Below are positions 49,316 to 58,849 of a DNA stretch of 64,000 nucleotides, piece after piece (positions within the stretch are counted from its first letter, which is position 1; every line of letters starts with the position of its first letter). The stretch lies in contig CAKPLZ010000006.1 in the NCBI GenBank assembly GCA_934167835.1, forward strand, positions 31,510-95,509, written 5' to 3'. A model generated the notes under the pieces. That model was not told the DNA's origin. It saw only the letters and a list, made by a program, of their open reading frames with translations, and made no database searches. Source of the DNA: an uncultured Clostridia bacterium. GTDB lineage: Bacteria > Bacillota > Clostridia > TANB77 > CAG-508. Both the position numbers and the translations under genes were made by a program.

Positions 49316-50827
49316 TTATATATTTTCTTTTAATTTTTTTCTATCAATTTTTCCATTGCTATTGTATGGCATTTTATCTAGTTTTATATACTTGTTTGGT
49401 TTCATATATGGTAGTAGTTTTTTAGCTGCTTCTTGTATTAATTTTTCTTCCTCAATTGTTCCTTGGTATGCTAGAACTATAGAGTCTTTTTTTTCATCAT
49501 ATATTGCTGCACATAGTATTATGCCTTCAATCCCATATATGTTTTTTTCTATTTCCCCAAGTTCTATTCTATATCCTAGATGCTTAATTTGATAGTCCTT
49601 TCTTGATAGATATATTAATTCGCCTTTTTCATTATATTGCCCTATATCTCCTGTTCTGTAGACAATTTCAGGATATTTACTATTTAGTGGATTTTGGATA
49701 AAGCTTTGTTTTGTTTTTTCTGGATTTCCATAATATCCGTCAGCCAAAAATGAACCTCTTACTAAAATTTCTCCTTGTTCATTTAACTTTGCTTCATTTC
49801 CAGAATCAGTTATTAAAATTACATTACAATTATCACAATGTTTTCCTATTGGTAGAGTTTCATTATTTTCAAAGTCTCTATCCACTATATAATATGTGCA
49901 AATATCGGTTGTTTCCGTTGGTCCATAAAGATTTGCATACATGCAGTTTGGTAATGCTTTTCTCCACATGTTTAATTGTTTTACTGGCATTACTTCACCA
50001 GCAAACATAACTTTTTTCAAATCTGGCAATTCAATATTTTCAAGTGCTCCAAGGTTCGCAAAAATGCATAATGCTGATGGGACCCAATATATAGTATTAA
50101 TCTTCTTTTCATTTAAAAATTCGATTAATTTTACTGGGAATGAAAAATACATTTTAGGTATTATATATAATGTGGCTCCTGTAAAAATTGTTGAAAATAC
50201 ATCTGATATTGACATACTAAAATAAAATGGAGTTTGACTGCCAAATATTGTGTGTTTGTCTATATTGAAGCAATTTATTAGCCACTGTGTATAACAAATT
50301 ACAGCTCTATGGCTTACAACTGTACCTTTAGGAATTCCTGTTGAGCCAGATGTAAATAACACGTAAGCTGGATCTGTATCAATTTGTTCTTCACGTATAT
50401 CTTGCAGAGCTTTTTCATCTATGCTATCTTCTACCAATTTTTCATATAGCAATATATTATATTTTTGCTCTAGTCCTATTTTTTCTAGTTTAGAAGCATT
50501 TTTTGAATCTGTAATTATTGTTTTACACTCTAGAATATCTAAAATATTTTCAAATCTTTCCTTTGGAGTTTTTACGTCTGCTATTGTATAAAAATTTCCA
50601 CTGTAAAGTACACCCATCATAGTCTCTAGGCACCTGATTGTTTTGTCTATAAATATAACTACAGGAGCTTTTCTACTATGAGTTTTTTGAGCAATACTTG
50701 ACCCAATTTTTTTTGCATTTATGAGAAAATTATGATATGTAATATTACCATCTAATTCTCCAAAAATTATTTTTTCTCTATATTTATTTTCAGAATTTTC
50801 TAATCCCTCTAGTATGTTTTTAAACAT
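49316..50827 (-). CDS. DltA-family adenylate-forming enzyme (amino acid--carrier protein ligase)
   Basis: FTSGSTGIPKG, YGPTETT and LGYRIELGEIE AMP-binding core motifs; 503 aa. Confidence 0.85.
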   Translation of the reverse strand: MFKNILEGLENSENKYREKIIFGELDGNITYHNFLINAKKIGSSIAQKTHSRKAPVVIFIDKTIRCLETMMGVLYSGNFYTIADVKTPKERFENILDILECKTIITDSKNASKLEKIGLEQKYNILLYEKLVEDSIDEKALQDIREEQIDTDPAYVLFTSGSTGIPKGTVVSHRAVICYTQWLINCFNIDKHTIFGSQTPFYFSMSISDVFSTIFTGATLYIIPKMYFSFPVKLIEFLNEKKINTIYWVPSALCIFANLGALENIELPDLKKVMFAGEVMPVKQLNMWRKALPNCMYANLYGPTETTDICTYYIVDRDFENNETLPIGKHCDNCNVILITDSGNEAKLNEQGEILVRGSFLADGYYGNPEKTKQSFIQNPLNSKYPEIVYRTGDIGQYNEKGELIYLSRKDYQIKHLGYRIELGEIEKNIYGIEGIILCAAIYDEKKDSIVLAYQGTIEEEKLIQEAAKKLLPYMKPNKYIKLDKMPYNSNGKIDRKKLKENI

Positions 50828-50925
50828 AAAAATATCCCCCTATATTGGTGGTATTTTATCACTTATTAGTTTAATTTTCAATATATATTTATAAAAAATC
50901 CCCCAATTTCTTGGGGGATTTTACT

Positions 50926-51159
50926 TTATTGTTGCAGACTTTCTACAAGTTCTACTATTTTGTCTACATTTCTCCATGTTTCTGGTTTTACTTGTGTTGG
51001 CTGAATTTCTATGTTAAATTCATCATTTAATGTTGATATTAATTCTATAAACGCAAGTGAATCTAAAATTTCATTTTGAAGTAAATCTACATCTAAGTTT
51101 TCTCTTAAATTTTCATATCCGCTTACTTCTTCTATTATGTTTATTATTTTATCTTTCAT
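50926..51159 (-). CDS. Second DltC-like carrier protein
   Basis: 77 aa with LDSLAFIELI Ser motif; followed by a terminator hairpin at 50895-50922. Confidence 0.8.
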   Translation of the reverse strand: MKDKIINIIEEVSGYENLRENLDVDLLQNEILDSLAFIELISTLNDEFNIEIQPTQVKPETWRNVDKIVELVESLQQ

Positions 51160-51181
51160 TTTTCCATCTCTTTTCTAATTT

Positions 51182-51991
51182 TCATATTTTCAATGTTGCT
51201 AGGTATAAAATAATATATTGCAATGGATATATTATATAAAATAAATATTGTCCACACTTGCTATTCTTACCCTTATAGCCATTATATAGTGCTATTAATA
51301 CTATACTTCCAAGTGTCGCATATTTGCACCCTGGTGTTTGTTTTATTGGTATTATTGATATATACAAAATCATAAATATGCTTATTAGGTAAATTATCTT
51401 TTCTAGTATTTTTCTTTTATAAGTTTTATATTCTTTTTTGTGCAATAATTTGCCTTCTTTGCTCATAAATAATTTTTCTATTATATAAAATCCTAATATT
51501 ATAAATGGTATTCTTAATTCATATTCGATATTAAGCTTTATGTATGCAAAAATTATTGCTATTAGTGTAGAGGTTTTAATAATCACATCTATAATTGAAT
51601 TGTTGCTAATTTTTCTATTATCTAAAATTAAGATAATAATTATTGAAAAAGTATATGAAAATACTATATTTAATGTGTTACAAATATCTAAAACCCTAGT
51701 ATAAAATATTACTTCACACAAAAACTTTATAATAAATATTATCACTTGAGTTATTACTGCTAAGCAAAATAGCCTGAAAACATACCTTTTTAAGTCTTTT
51801 GTGTAAAAATATCCTTGTACTACTAAATAGGCAAATATCGGCATTGCAATTCTACCAATGCTTCTTAAGAGGTAATATGTATCATACTCTATTTTTCCAA
51901 ATGTAAACATTCCTATATGGTCTATTATCATTATTAGTAGTACTATCACTTTTAGGCAATTTGAAGTAATTCCTATTTTATTTTTATTCAT
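51182..51991 (-). CDS. TraX-family membrane protein
   Basis: Polytopic; N-terminal LKVIVLLIMIIDHIG motif; start ambiguous (51991 or 52030). Confidence 0.7.
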   Translation of the reverse strand: MNKNKIGITSNCLKVIVLLIMIIDHIGMFTFGKIEYDTYYLLRSIGRIAMPIFAYLVVQGYFYTKDLKRYVFRLFCLAVITQVIIFIIKFLCEVIFYTRVLDICNTLNIVFSYTFSIIIILILDNRKISNNSIIDVIIKTSTLIAIIFAYIKLNIEYELRIPFIILGFYIIEKLFMSKEGKLLHKKEYKTYKRKILEKIIYLISIFMILYISIIPIKQTPGCKYATLGSIVLIALYNGYKGKNSKCGQYLFYIIYPLQYIILYLATLKI

Positions 51992-52001
51992 ATTTAAACC
52001 T

Positions 52002-52658
52002 TTATTGAATTTTCTTTGTTTTCTTATCAACTATTAAAATAACACCAGTTATAATTGCTGTCATTGTAGCTATTGCTATTATTATTACATAAATTTTATT
52101 ATCTTCTAAAAATGTTACTATTTTATCTTTTGATTCTTCTTTTTTTACTTCTTCTAATTTTTTATTATAGTATGTATCAAAATTTTCATTATAAAAGTTT
52201 TCAAAAGAGACTTCTTCATTTTTATATTTTTCTTGATAATCTTCTTGCAATTTTGCGTTTACTTCTTGTATTATTTGTGCCTTTTTTTCTTCTGATATAT
52301 TTATGCCTACAACATCACTGTCAGTTGCATTTGGGCTTGTTGCATTTGAACATGTTGCGTTTGAGCTTGTTGCATTTGAGCTTGTCGCATTTGAACATGT
52401 TGCGTTTGAGCTTGTTGCATTTGAGCTTGTCGCATTTGAACTCGTTGCATTTGAACTCGTTGCATTTGAACATGTTGCGTTTGGTGTTGTTGCTTTTACT
52501 ATACTTGCAGCTTGACTAAACATATACCCTTCAATTCCATTTATACTATATTTTTGTAATATAAAATTTACTCCAATCGTAAAACCTATTGCTATTATTG
52601 TTATTATTAAAAATTTTGTTATTGCTTGTTTTTTATTTGTTTTTACCATTTTTATCAC
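52002..52658 (-). CDS. Membrane-anchored protein with (N-A-T-S/C-S)x11 tandem repeat
   Basis: N- and C-terminal TM segments; 11 pentapeptide units encoded by 15-nt tandem repeats; GTG start overlaps the stop of the upstream Wzy_C gene (GTGA). Confidence 0.7.
   Translation of the reverse strand: MIKMVKTNKKQAITKFLIITIIAIGFTIGVNFILQKYSINGIEGYMFSQAASIVKATTPNATCSNATSSNATSSNATSSNATSSNATCSNATSSNATSSNATCSNATSPNATDSDVVGINISEEKKAQIIQEVNAKLQEDYQEKYKNEEVSFENFYNENFDTYYNKKLEEVKKEESKDKIVTFLEDNKIYVIIIAIATMTAIITGVILIVDKKTKKIQ
52317..52481. repeat. 15-bp tandem repeat x11 (coding, NATSS units)
   Basis: GTTGCATTTGAGCTT / GTTGCGTTTGAGCTT / GTTGCATTTGAACAT variants, read directly. Confidence 0.9.
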
Positions 52659-54177
52659 CCTTTCAAATTTTTATAACTAATATAATGTATTGCCATTAAT
52701 GTCCAAAATATTGGTGTTATAATTACCACCCACAGATTGAAAAAATCTTGTGCTAAATAGCATATTATTGCTATTAAAAAGACTATTGAGTTTTTATTTT
52801 TGTTTTTTATTCCATCCACGATTTGTGCTATTATAAAAGTTAGGTAACCGAAGTAAGCCTATTATTCCAATATTTACAGCCATTGTTATATATATATTTG
52901 CAGCAGTATCGTTAATTGTAAGTTCTCCAAGTTTTGCTATATCCTCTGTAAATCTGCTCATGAACCTTATTGCAAATGTGTCTGGGCCTGTTCCTATTAT
53001 TGGATAATCTTTAATTAATGTAATAGCTCTTTTCCACAGAAAAACTCTATATGTTCCAAAATCATCATCAAAATTTCCATTTAGCAATTGGTGTATTTCA
53101 TATAACATTCCATAATTAAAATCCACAAAGTATAGCACTAAAATACCCGCTATAATAATACTTGCTATCACGATATAAATTATTTTTATAGTTTTTTTGT
53201 TGTTAGATAAATCAAAATGCCTTTTTTTAAGTATTTGTGCTAATACTATAAATATCACTGCTAAGAATATTAACATTCCTGATATTATATTAAACTGCCA
53301 ATTTAATTTTAATTTACCCAAACTATAGTAATATGTAGGATTTATTATAATATTGACTGCGTATGCCAATAATACTAAACTACCTACAATTAAAGTTTTT
53401 GATAGTCTTTTGCTATTTGTTATGATATATGGGGATATTATTACTAATGTAAAAAATATTCCTACAAATCCACTTAGCACACTTAATATTTCAAGTATAA
53501 AAAATCCCATAAATATTGAAGTTAAGTGAATTACATTTTCATACTTTTTATTTTCCCCAAATACATACCCACTTACCGAAATCATTAGTAATATACAATA
53601 TAAAGCTGATATAAAATCTTTATTTCCTATTGTTCCCATAAAACTTACATTATGTGTTCCAATACCATCTTGATACATGTTAAGTGGATTAAATCCTATA
53701 TATTGCAAGATGCAAATTAGGTTTAACAATATTGAGGAAATTGAAAAATATAATATAAATCTCTTTTTAAATTTCCCAAATAATGTTATAAATAAGAATG
53801 TTATACAATATAATGTTATATTAATTAGGCCCTCTCCTCTTCCTACTCCAACAAATAAATTATATTCGCGAAAAAAAGGAGATAAAAAGCATGAAATTAC
53901 ATTTATTAGCCAAAAAATTATAACAAACCATTGTACTTTGCTTAGTTTTATTTGTTTTATATATAGTTCTTGTTTCTTTATATCTCCATATATTACCGCA
54001 ATTATACATGCAATAATATACGATGTTGAGCTTAATATAAATGTTCTATATTTACATTCTAAAATTCTAAAAAATCCGTGTTTTATCTACCCAAAGTGGA
54101 AATATTAGTATTATGAAAATTATATATATTTCAGTTATTATTGATAATGATTTTCTTACATCATTATCTTTACTCAA
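52655..54177 (-). CDS. O-antigen ligase / Wzy_C-family membrane protein; interrupted twice, needs +1 shifts at in-frame CGG 54078-54076 and 52850-52848
   Basis: TTG start after AGGAGGTGA. VDKT CGG..TAG in frame 0, with +1 giving GFFRILECKY... through 311 aa (motif YRVFLWKRAITLIKDYPIIGTGPDTF). Then GLL CGG, with +1 giving GYLTFIIAQ...FWTLMAIHYISYKNLKG*. Length is 3n+2. Confidence 0.8.
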
Positions 54178-54240
54178 TATTTCACCTCCTCTTTTGTTTT
54201 TATTTTAGTATATCATTACTGATTTTATAATTCAACATTT

Positions 54241-55701
54241 TTAGACATTTTCCGTCAATTTTTTCTCATCAATTTTTCCATTTCTGTTTAATGGAAATCT
54301 CTCAATAATTTTAATTGTTGGGCACATGTATTGTGGTAATTTTGTTGATATATCTTTTTTTATTTCAATTTCATTTTTTATTGCATTTTCTTTAAGTTTT
54401 ATAAATGCAATTATTTTTGTAACTTTGCCTTCTTTATTTTGCTTAGCAACTGCTACAGCTTTTTCTACATATCCCAGTTTATATAGATTTTCTTCTATGT
54501 CTAAAAGTTCTATTCTATATCCTTTATATTTTATTTGTTTATCTTTTCTTGCGACATAATATAATTTGCCATTTTTAAAATATCCTATATCTCCTGTTAA
54601 ATAGGCATTTTCACCTTTGTATATAATGAATTTTCCTTTGTTTTCTCCTATATATCCTTTTGCAACGCTTTTTCCTGTTATTAATATTTCTCCTGTCTCT
54701 CCACTTCTTTGTTCTTGTAAATTTTCATCTACTATATATATTTTTACATCACTTTTTGCAATTCCGATTGGTATATCATTTTCTTCTATCATTTTTTGTG
54801 TTATTTCAATACTTGTTATAGCAAATGTACATTCTGTTGGTCCATAAGAATTAATTATTTTGATATTTTTAAATCTCTCTTGAATTTTTTTTGCAGTTCC
54901 AGCAAGTAATTTTTCTCCACAAAATAGGATTGTTTTTAAATTTGGCATTGTTTCTTGATTAAATGATTTATCAAGTAATAATAAGTCCGCAAATGATGGT
55001 GTAAACACCGCTAATGTTGCATTGCTAGATTTCAATGTTTCAAATAATTTATTAAAATCTGACTGTGTTTGTTTTTCTATCACAAAATGTTCTATACCAT
55101 TTGCTAAGCTATAATATAAATCTGCTACTGTTAGGTCAAATGAAAAAACGCCTTGGTTTAAAACTGTTCCTTCCTTTACATCTATTATTTTTTGAAGCCA
55201 ATTTATGCAAGAATCTAAATTTTTGTATGTAACTTGCACACCTTTTGGTATTCCTGTACTACCTGATGTGAATATTATGTAATACACATCTTCTGGTTTT
55301 AAATATATTTTTTCAATATCTTTGAAGTTATCTTTATTCATTAATTCTTCAATTTCAGTTTGAGTTATAGTGTTAGCACGTTTATTTTCAAAATTTCCTA
55401 TAATTAGATCTGGATTAACCTCATCAATAATTTTGTTTATCCTGTCCTCTGGAAAGCTTACATCTACTGGAATATACGCCATTCCAGCAAGTGAGCATGC
55501 TAAAAATGTGGCCTTCATATATACATCTTTATGCCCATAAACTAATACTGGCTTTTTTTTATTATTCTTTTCTAATAAAAGCCAGTATATATTGCATACA
55601 TATTTATAAAATTCTTTGTATGTATATCTTTTTGAGTTAACTGTATAAGCAATTTGTTCTTGATGTTCTTTTATTTGTTTTAATATATTTTCTAACAACA
55701 T
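54241..55701 (-). CDS. Second DltA-family adenylate-forming enzyme
   Basis: FTSGSTGIPKGVQVTYKNL, YGPTECT and KGYRIELLDIE motifs; 486 aa. Confidence 0.85.
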   Translation of the reverse strand: MLLENILKQIKEHQEQIAYTVNSKRYTYKEFYKYVCNIYWLLLEKNNKKKPVLVYGHKDVYMKATFLACSLAGMAYIPVDVSFPEDRINKIIDEVNPDLIIGNFENKRANTITQTEIEELMNKDNFKDIEKIYLKPEDVYYIIFTSGSTGIPKGVQVTYKNLDSCINWLQKIIDVKEGTVLNQGVFSFDLTVADLYYSLANGIEHFVIEKQTQSDFNKLFETLKSSNATLAVFTPSFADLLLLDKSFNQETMPNLKTILFCGEKLLAGTAKKIQERFKNIKIINSYGPTECTFAITSIEITQKMIEENDIPIGIAKSDVKIYIVDENLQEQRSGETGEILITGKSVAKGYIGENKGKFIIYKGENAYLTGDIGYFKNGKLYYVARKDKQIKYKGYRIELLDIEENLYKLGYVEKAVAVAKQNKEGKVTKIIAFIKLKENAIKNEIEIKKDISTKLPQYMCPTIKIIERFPLNRNGKIDEKKLTENV

Positions 55702-56532
55702 TTAATTCACCTTTATTTCTTCTTTTGGTATTAATGAATAATCATACATTACTTTTGAGTGGTTATTTAATATTAGTTCTTTTTTTATTTCTTGTTTGGT
55801 TTCTTTATCCATTATTATTCTATACACCTTACTATTTCTATAAAATACACCATTTTCATCTTGAGCATAATGGTTTCCTTCTTCTACTATTTTATATGTT
55901 TCTTTTAGTGGTACAGTTGAACGAATTTCACCATATAACATTGTATCATCAAGCCATACTCTTATTTGAATTGGATATTTAGTAGTATTTTTAAATCTAT
56001 AGTCTAAAGCTTTGTAACAAATTGATGTACCTGTTCCAAAAGGAACTCTTCTTTTAACATCAGGAAATAATGCATCTGAATGGTGGTGTAATTCTGTTAC
56101 TTTCATTGGTGTATGTAAAACCAACCAATGTATCATATTTGCCATCTGGCAAAGTCCTCCTCCTTTTCCTTTACCTATTTTTCCATTATGTACTGTCATT
56201 CCATCCAAATAGCCTTTTCTGGTTCTTCCAACTAAATTCCAAAAAGAAAATTCTTCACCTGGTTTAACAATAATACCATCAATTTTTTTACTAGCTAGCC
56301 TTAAGTTTACAACTTTATTTCTTTGAAGCTGCATATCAACTCCTGGTAGTTCTCTTAAAAGAACTTTTGCATCGCCTTTCCAAATATATTCAAAATTATC
56401 TTTATTAAATTTTTTAGCAAACTTTCTTCCTTCTCTAAAATCTTTAAAATCTTTCTTTTTTGCTTCTTTAAATAAGGCTATTTCATAACATATTCTTCCA
56501 TGTTCACAAAACAACTTTCTTTCTTTTCCCAT
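55702..56532 (-). CDS. VanW-family protein
   Basis: GKGGGLCQMANMIHW motif; its stop abuts the start of the DltA-like gene. Confidence 0.75.
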   Translation of the reverse strand: MGKERKLFCEHGRICYEIALFKEAKKKDFKDFREGRKFAKKFNKDNFEYIWKGDAKVLLRELPGVDMQLQRNKVVNLRLASKKIDGIIVKPGEEFSFWNLVGRTRKGYLDGMTVHNGKIGKGKGGGLCQMANMIHWLVLHTPMKVTELHHHSDALFPDVKRRVPFGTGTSICYKALDYRFKNTTKYPIQIRVWLDDTMLYGEIRSTVPLKETYKIVEEGNHYAQDENGVFYRNSKVYRIIMDKETKQEIKKELILNNHSKVMYDYSLIPKEEIKVN

Positions 56533-56620
56533 GTTAATCACCCTATATTAATTATACTATTTTGAAACTGTAGATGCAACAAATGTCAATACATGTAGAT
56601 TTTTTTGTTTGTTGATCTTA

Positions 56621-56653
56621 AAAAAAAATTCCCCAAAAACTGGGGAATTTTTT
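56621..56653 (-). terminator. Terminator of hsp20
   Basis: AAATTCCCCA-loop-TGGGGAATTT hairpin with flanking T/A runs. Confidence 0.7.
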
Positions 56654-57074
56654 ATTCGCCTATTTCTATATATTTTTTACCTTCATCTAGTTTTTTTACA
56701 TCTTCTTTAGGGAATGTAATTTCTAGAGTTCCGTTTTTGAAGCTTGCTTTGATGTCTTCTTCTTTTACATTTTCTCCTGCATAATAACTTCTTGAACATT
56801 CTCCGAAGAATCTTTCTTTATGAATATAATTTCCATGATGCTCATTTTCTTCTTTGTGTTCTTCTCTTTTTGCTGTAACTGTTAAATATCCATCTGTTAG
56901 ATCAATTTTAATGTCTTCTTTGTTATATCCTGGCAAGTCAATATCTAGCACATAATTGCCATCCTTTTCTCTTACATCAGTTTTCATTAATTTGTTTTCT
57001 TTTTTTGTAAAAAATGGTTCATTGAAAACCTCATCAAAAATATCAAAACCATTTCTTCTTGGTACCATCATCAT
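56652..57074 (-). CDS. Hsp20/alpha-crystallin small heat-shock protein
   Basis: Alpha-crystallin domain DVREKDGNYVLDIDLPGYNKEDIKI...GTLEITFPK. Confidence 0.9.
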   Translation of the reverse strand: MMMVPRRNGFDIFDEVFNEPFFTKKENKLMKTDVREKDGNYVLDIDLPGYNKEDIKIDLTDGYLTVTAKREEHKEENEHHGNYIHKERFFGECSRSYYAGENVKEEDIKASFKNGTLEITFPKEDVKKLDEGKKYIEIGE

Positions 57075-57228
57075 AAGTCATTCCTCCTTTATAAAATTTT
57101 TATGTGTTGATACCACACATCTTCTATTGTTATATTTCCCACTTGCGATTATATTATACACCCATTTTTAGCAATGTCAATAGGAGAGTGCTAATTTTTT
57201 TAAAAATTTTTTCATCCTTGCATACTAA

Positions 57229-58091
57229 TTATAATTTCCATCCCAGTGCAGAACTATAAATTCCATTTTCTACAATTTCATCTGTTGGTAATACCTTAAT
57301 TCTGTCTTCCCCATCGATTAAAGCTAAGCTATAACTCCCAAATCTTGTATTGTCTCCAAAATATAAAAATTCAACTCCATCTATAATTACTACTTCACCA
57401 CTTTTACCTATAAAATCTTCCCAAGTTTGTCCCTCAATAAACGAAAACGTTTTTGTTTCAGTTTCTGAAACTTCTAAAGTAAATGTTTTTATTTTGCTTT
57501 CATCTATTTCCACTGGTACTGTAATTTCAGAACTTCTGCCTCTGCTATTTGTTGCCTTAAATGTGTAGTTGCCGTTTTGAGAAATAGGATATGTATAGAT
57601 ATAATCTTCTCTCTTTCCGCTCTTTATTGACTCATAATATATATCCACACTTTCTCCATTTGAAGCTGTGATATTAACTGTACAAAGCTTATATAGTTCC
57701 TCAATACCTAATTGTTGAACTTCTTCCACTGTTAACCCAAAAACATCGTTACACAAGATTTTCACCATTTCTTCCTCGTCTGTTATTCCGCCTTAAATAT
57801 AAATCATAAGTTGAATTTTCTAACCATACATTAATTTTATTACCGGCTACCTCATATTTTAATTTTGGTCCATAAAGATAGTCTTCCATTGAATTGTATT
57901 TCGTTTCTCCTATTACAATTCCACCATTAGCCTCCTCCTCTTGTGCTGTTTTCCAGTTCTTTGTGGCATCTCCTGCTGATTTAAATAGTCCTGTATTTAG
58001 TGCTACACTTATACTTACTGCAACTAGTATTAGCATTACTATAATTGTAATTATCAACGCAATTAGCGTTATTCCGTGTGTTCTTTTTCAT
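57229..58091 (-). CDS. Prepilin-type N-terminal domain (pilin/pseudopilin-like) protein; interrupted twice, needs +1 shifts at in-frame CGG 58076-58074 and 57790-57788
   Basis: ATG after GGAGGG. MKKNT CGG, with +1 giving GITLIALIITIIVMLILVAV (class III signal G|ITLI). ...DLYLR CGG, with +1 giving GITDEEEMVKILCND... into the 179-aa ORF. Length is 3n+2. Confidence 0.75.
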
Positions 58092-58385
58092 GTTTTCCCT
58101 CCATTTTTTCTTTTTTATATAACAAAAACAAGATGTGGTTTATCCATCTCTTGCGTGTATGTTTAATAAAGCATAGCTTTGTATGCTTGTTTTATTTTCT
58201 AAAATATGGCTCTCTCTCTACTCTCCACTCTTACAACGGTTACAGCGTTTTTGTCATTTGTTTCTTCCTCCCTGAATTTCTCTTGCTTTTGTTTCGCTTA
58301 TTTTTCAAAATTATTATATACTATTTTTATTATTTTTACAAGAAATTTTGGGAAAGTTTTTTCAAATGAATTTTTTCATTTTTAT

Positions 58386-58414
58386 TTGACAAATTTGTTT
58401 TTAATGTGTATAAT
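58386..58414 (+). promoter_or_regulatory. Consensus promoter (TTGACA-17-TATAAT) driving a short plus-strand RNA
   Basis: TTGACA at 58386-58391, 17-nt spacer, TATAAT at 58409-58414. Confidence 0.65.
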
Positions 58415-58420
58415 AAACAT

Positions 58421-58500
58421 AGGAAATAAAGAAGCCACAATGTGGTTTGCCGATTGAAATGAAAAACACATCTAACCGTCAAGTTACAGATGTGTTTTTT
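58421..58500 (+). ncRNA. Candidate ~80-nt antisense sRNA (type I antitoxin-like)
   Basis: Bounded by the consensus promoter and an intrinsic terminator (stem 58462-58473 / 58488-58499 plus T-run). Convergent with, and overlapping, the 3' end of the small toxin-like gene's transcript. Confidence 0.45.
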
Positions 58501-58505
58501 ATTGT

Positions 58506-58616
58506 TTATTTGCTTAAAAATACAACTAGTATGATTAGGGCAAATACTATAATAGTTTCAACAACTATGCCAAATAAAAGTAGATATATTATTTCCAGTA
58601 AAACTGTTTCTATCAT
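58506..58616 (-). CDS. Small hydrophobic peptide (36 aa), candidate type I toxin
   Basis: MIETVLLEIIYLLLFGIVVETIIVFALIILVVFLSK with GGAGGTGG RBS, an upstream CCACC anti-SD, own promoter (TTGCCT-17-TATAGT, 58731-58703) and a shared terminator. Confidence 0.45.
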   Translation of the reverse strand: MIETVLLEIIYLLLFGIVVETIIVFALIILVVFLSK

Positions 58617-58849
58617 AGCACCACCTCCATTTCTAAGAGTTTCGACTCTTTATATGTATGGTGGCAAACCACATCTGCTTATTCTTATTTCCTATACTGT
58701 ATACTATATAATATTTTTTACAAAAAGGCAAGTGTTTGTTGTAATATTATTAATTTAATTATTCTTTATTAAATTTTTCAGGATTTTTTCAGGTTTATGG
58801 TATAATATATATTATGAGTTTTTATGTTTAAAGAAAGTAGGTTTTTTAT

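Noticed and set aside
52073-52519. Plus-strand ORFs with VAFELVAFE / LHLNMLRLSLL repeats
   Set aside because: These are the antisense reading of the 15-bp NATSS tandem repeat. The minus-strand gene has the RBS, TM anchors and translational coupling.
53677-54108. 143-aa plus-strand ORF between the Wzy_C ORF and the DltA-like gene
   Set aside because: The minus strand here encodes the N-terminal TM segments of the Wzy_C protein once the CGG shift at 54078 is allowed, so the plus ORF is a shadow.
58076-58758. Several 83-103-aa plus-strand ORFs in the pilin/ABC intergenic region
   Set aside because: They have no RBS and hydrophobic low-complexity translations. The region is better explained by promoters, a small toxin-like gene and an antisense RNA.
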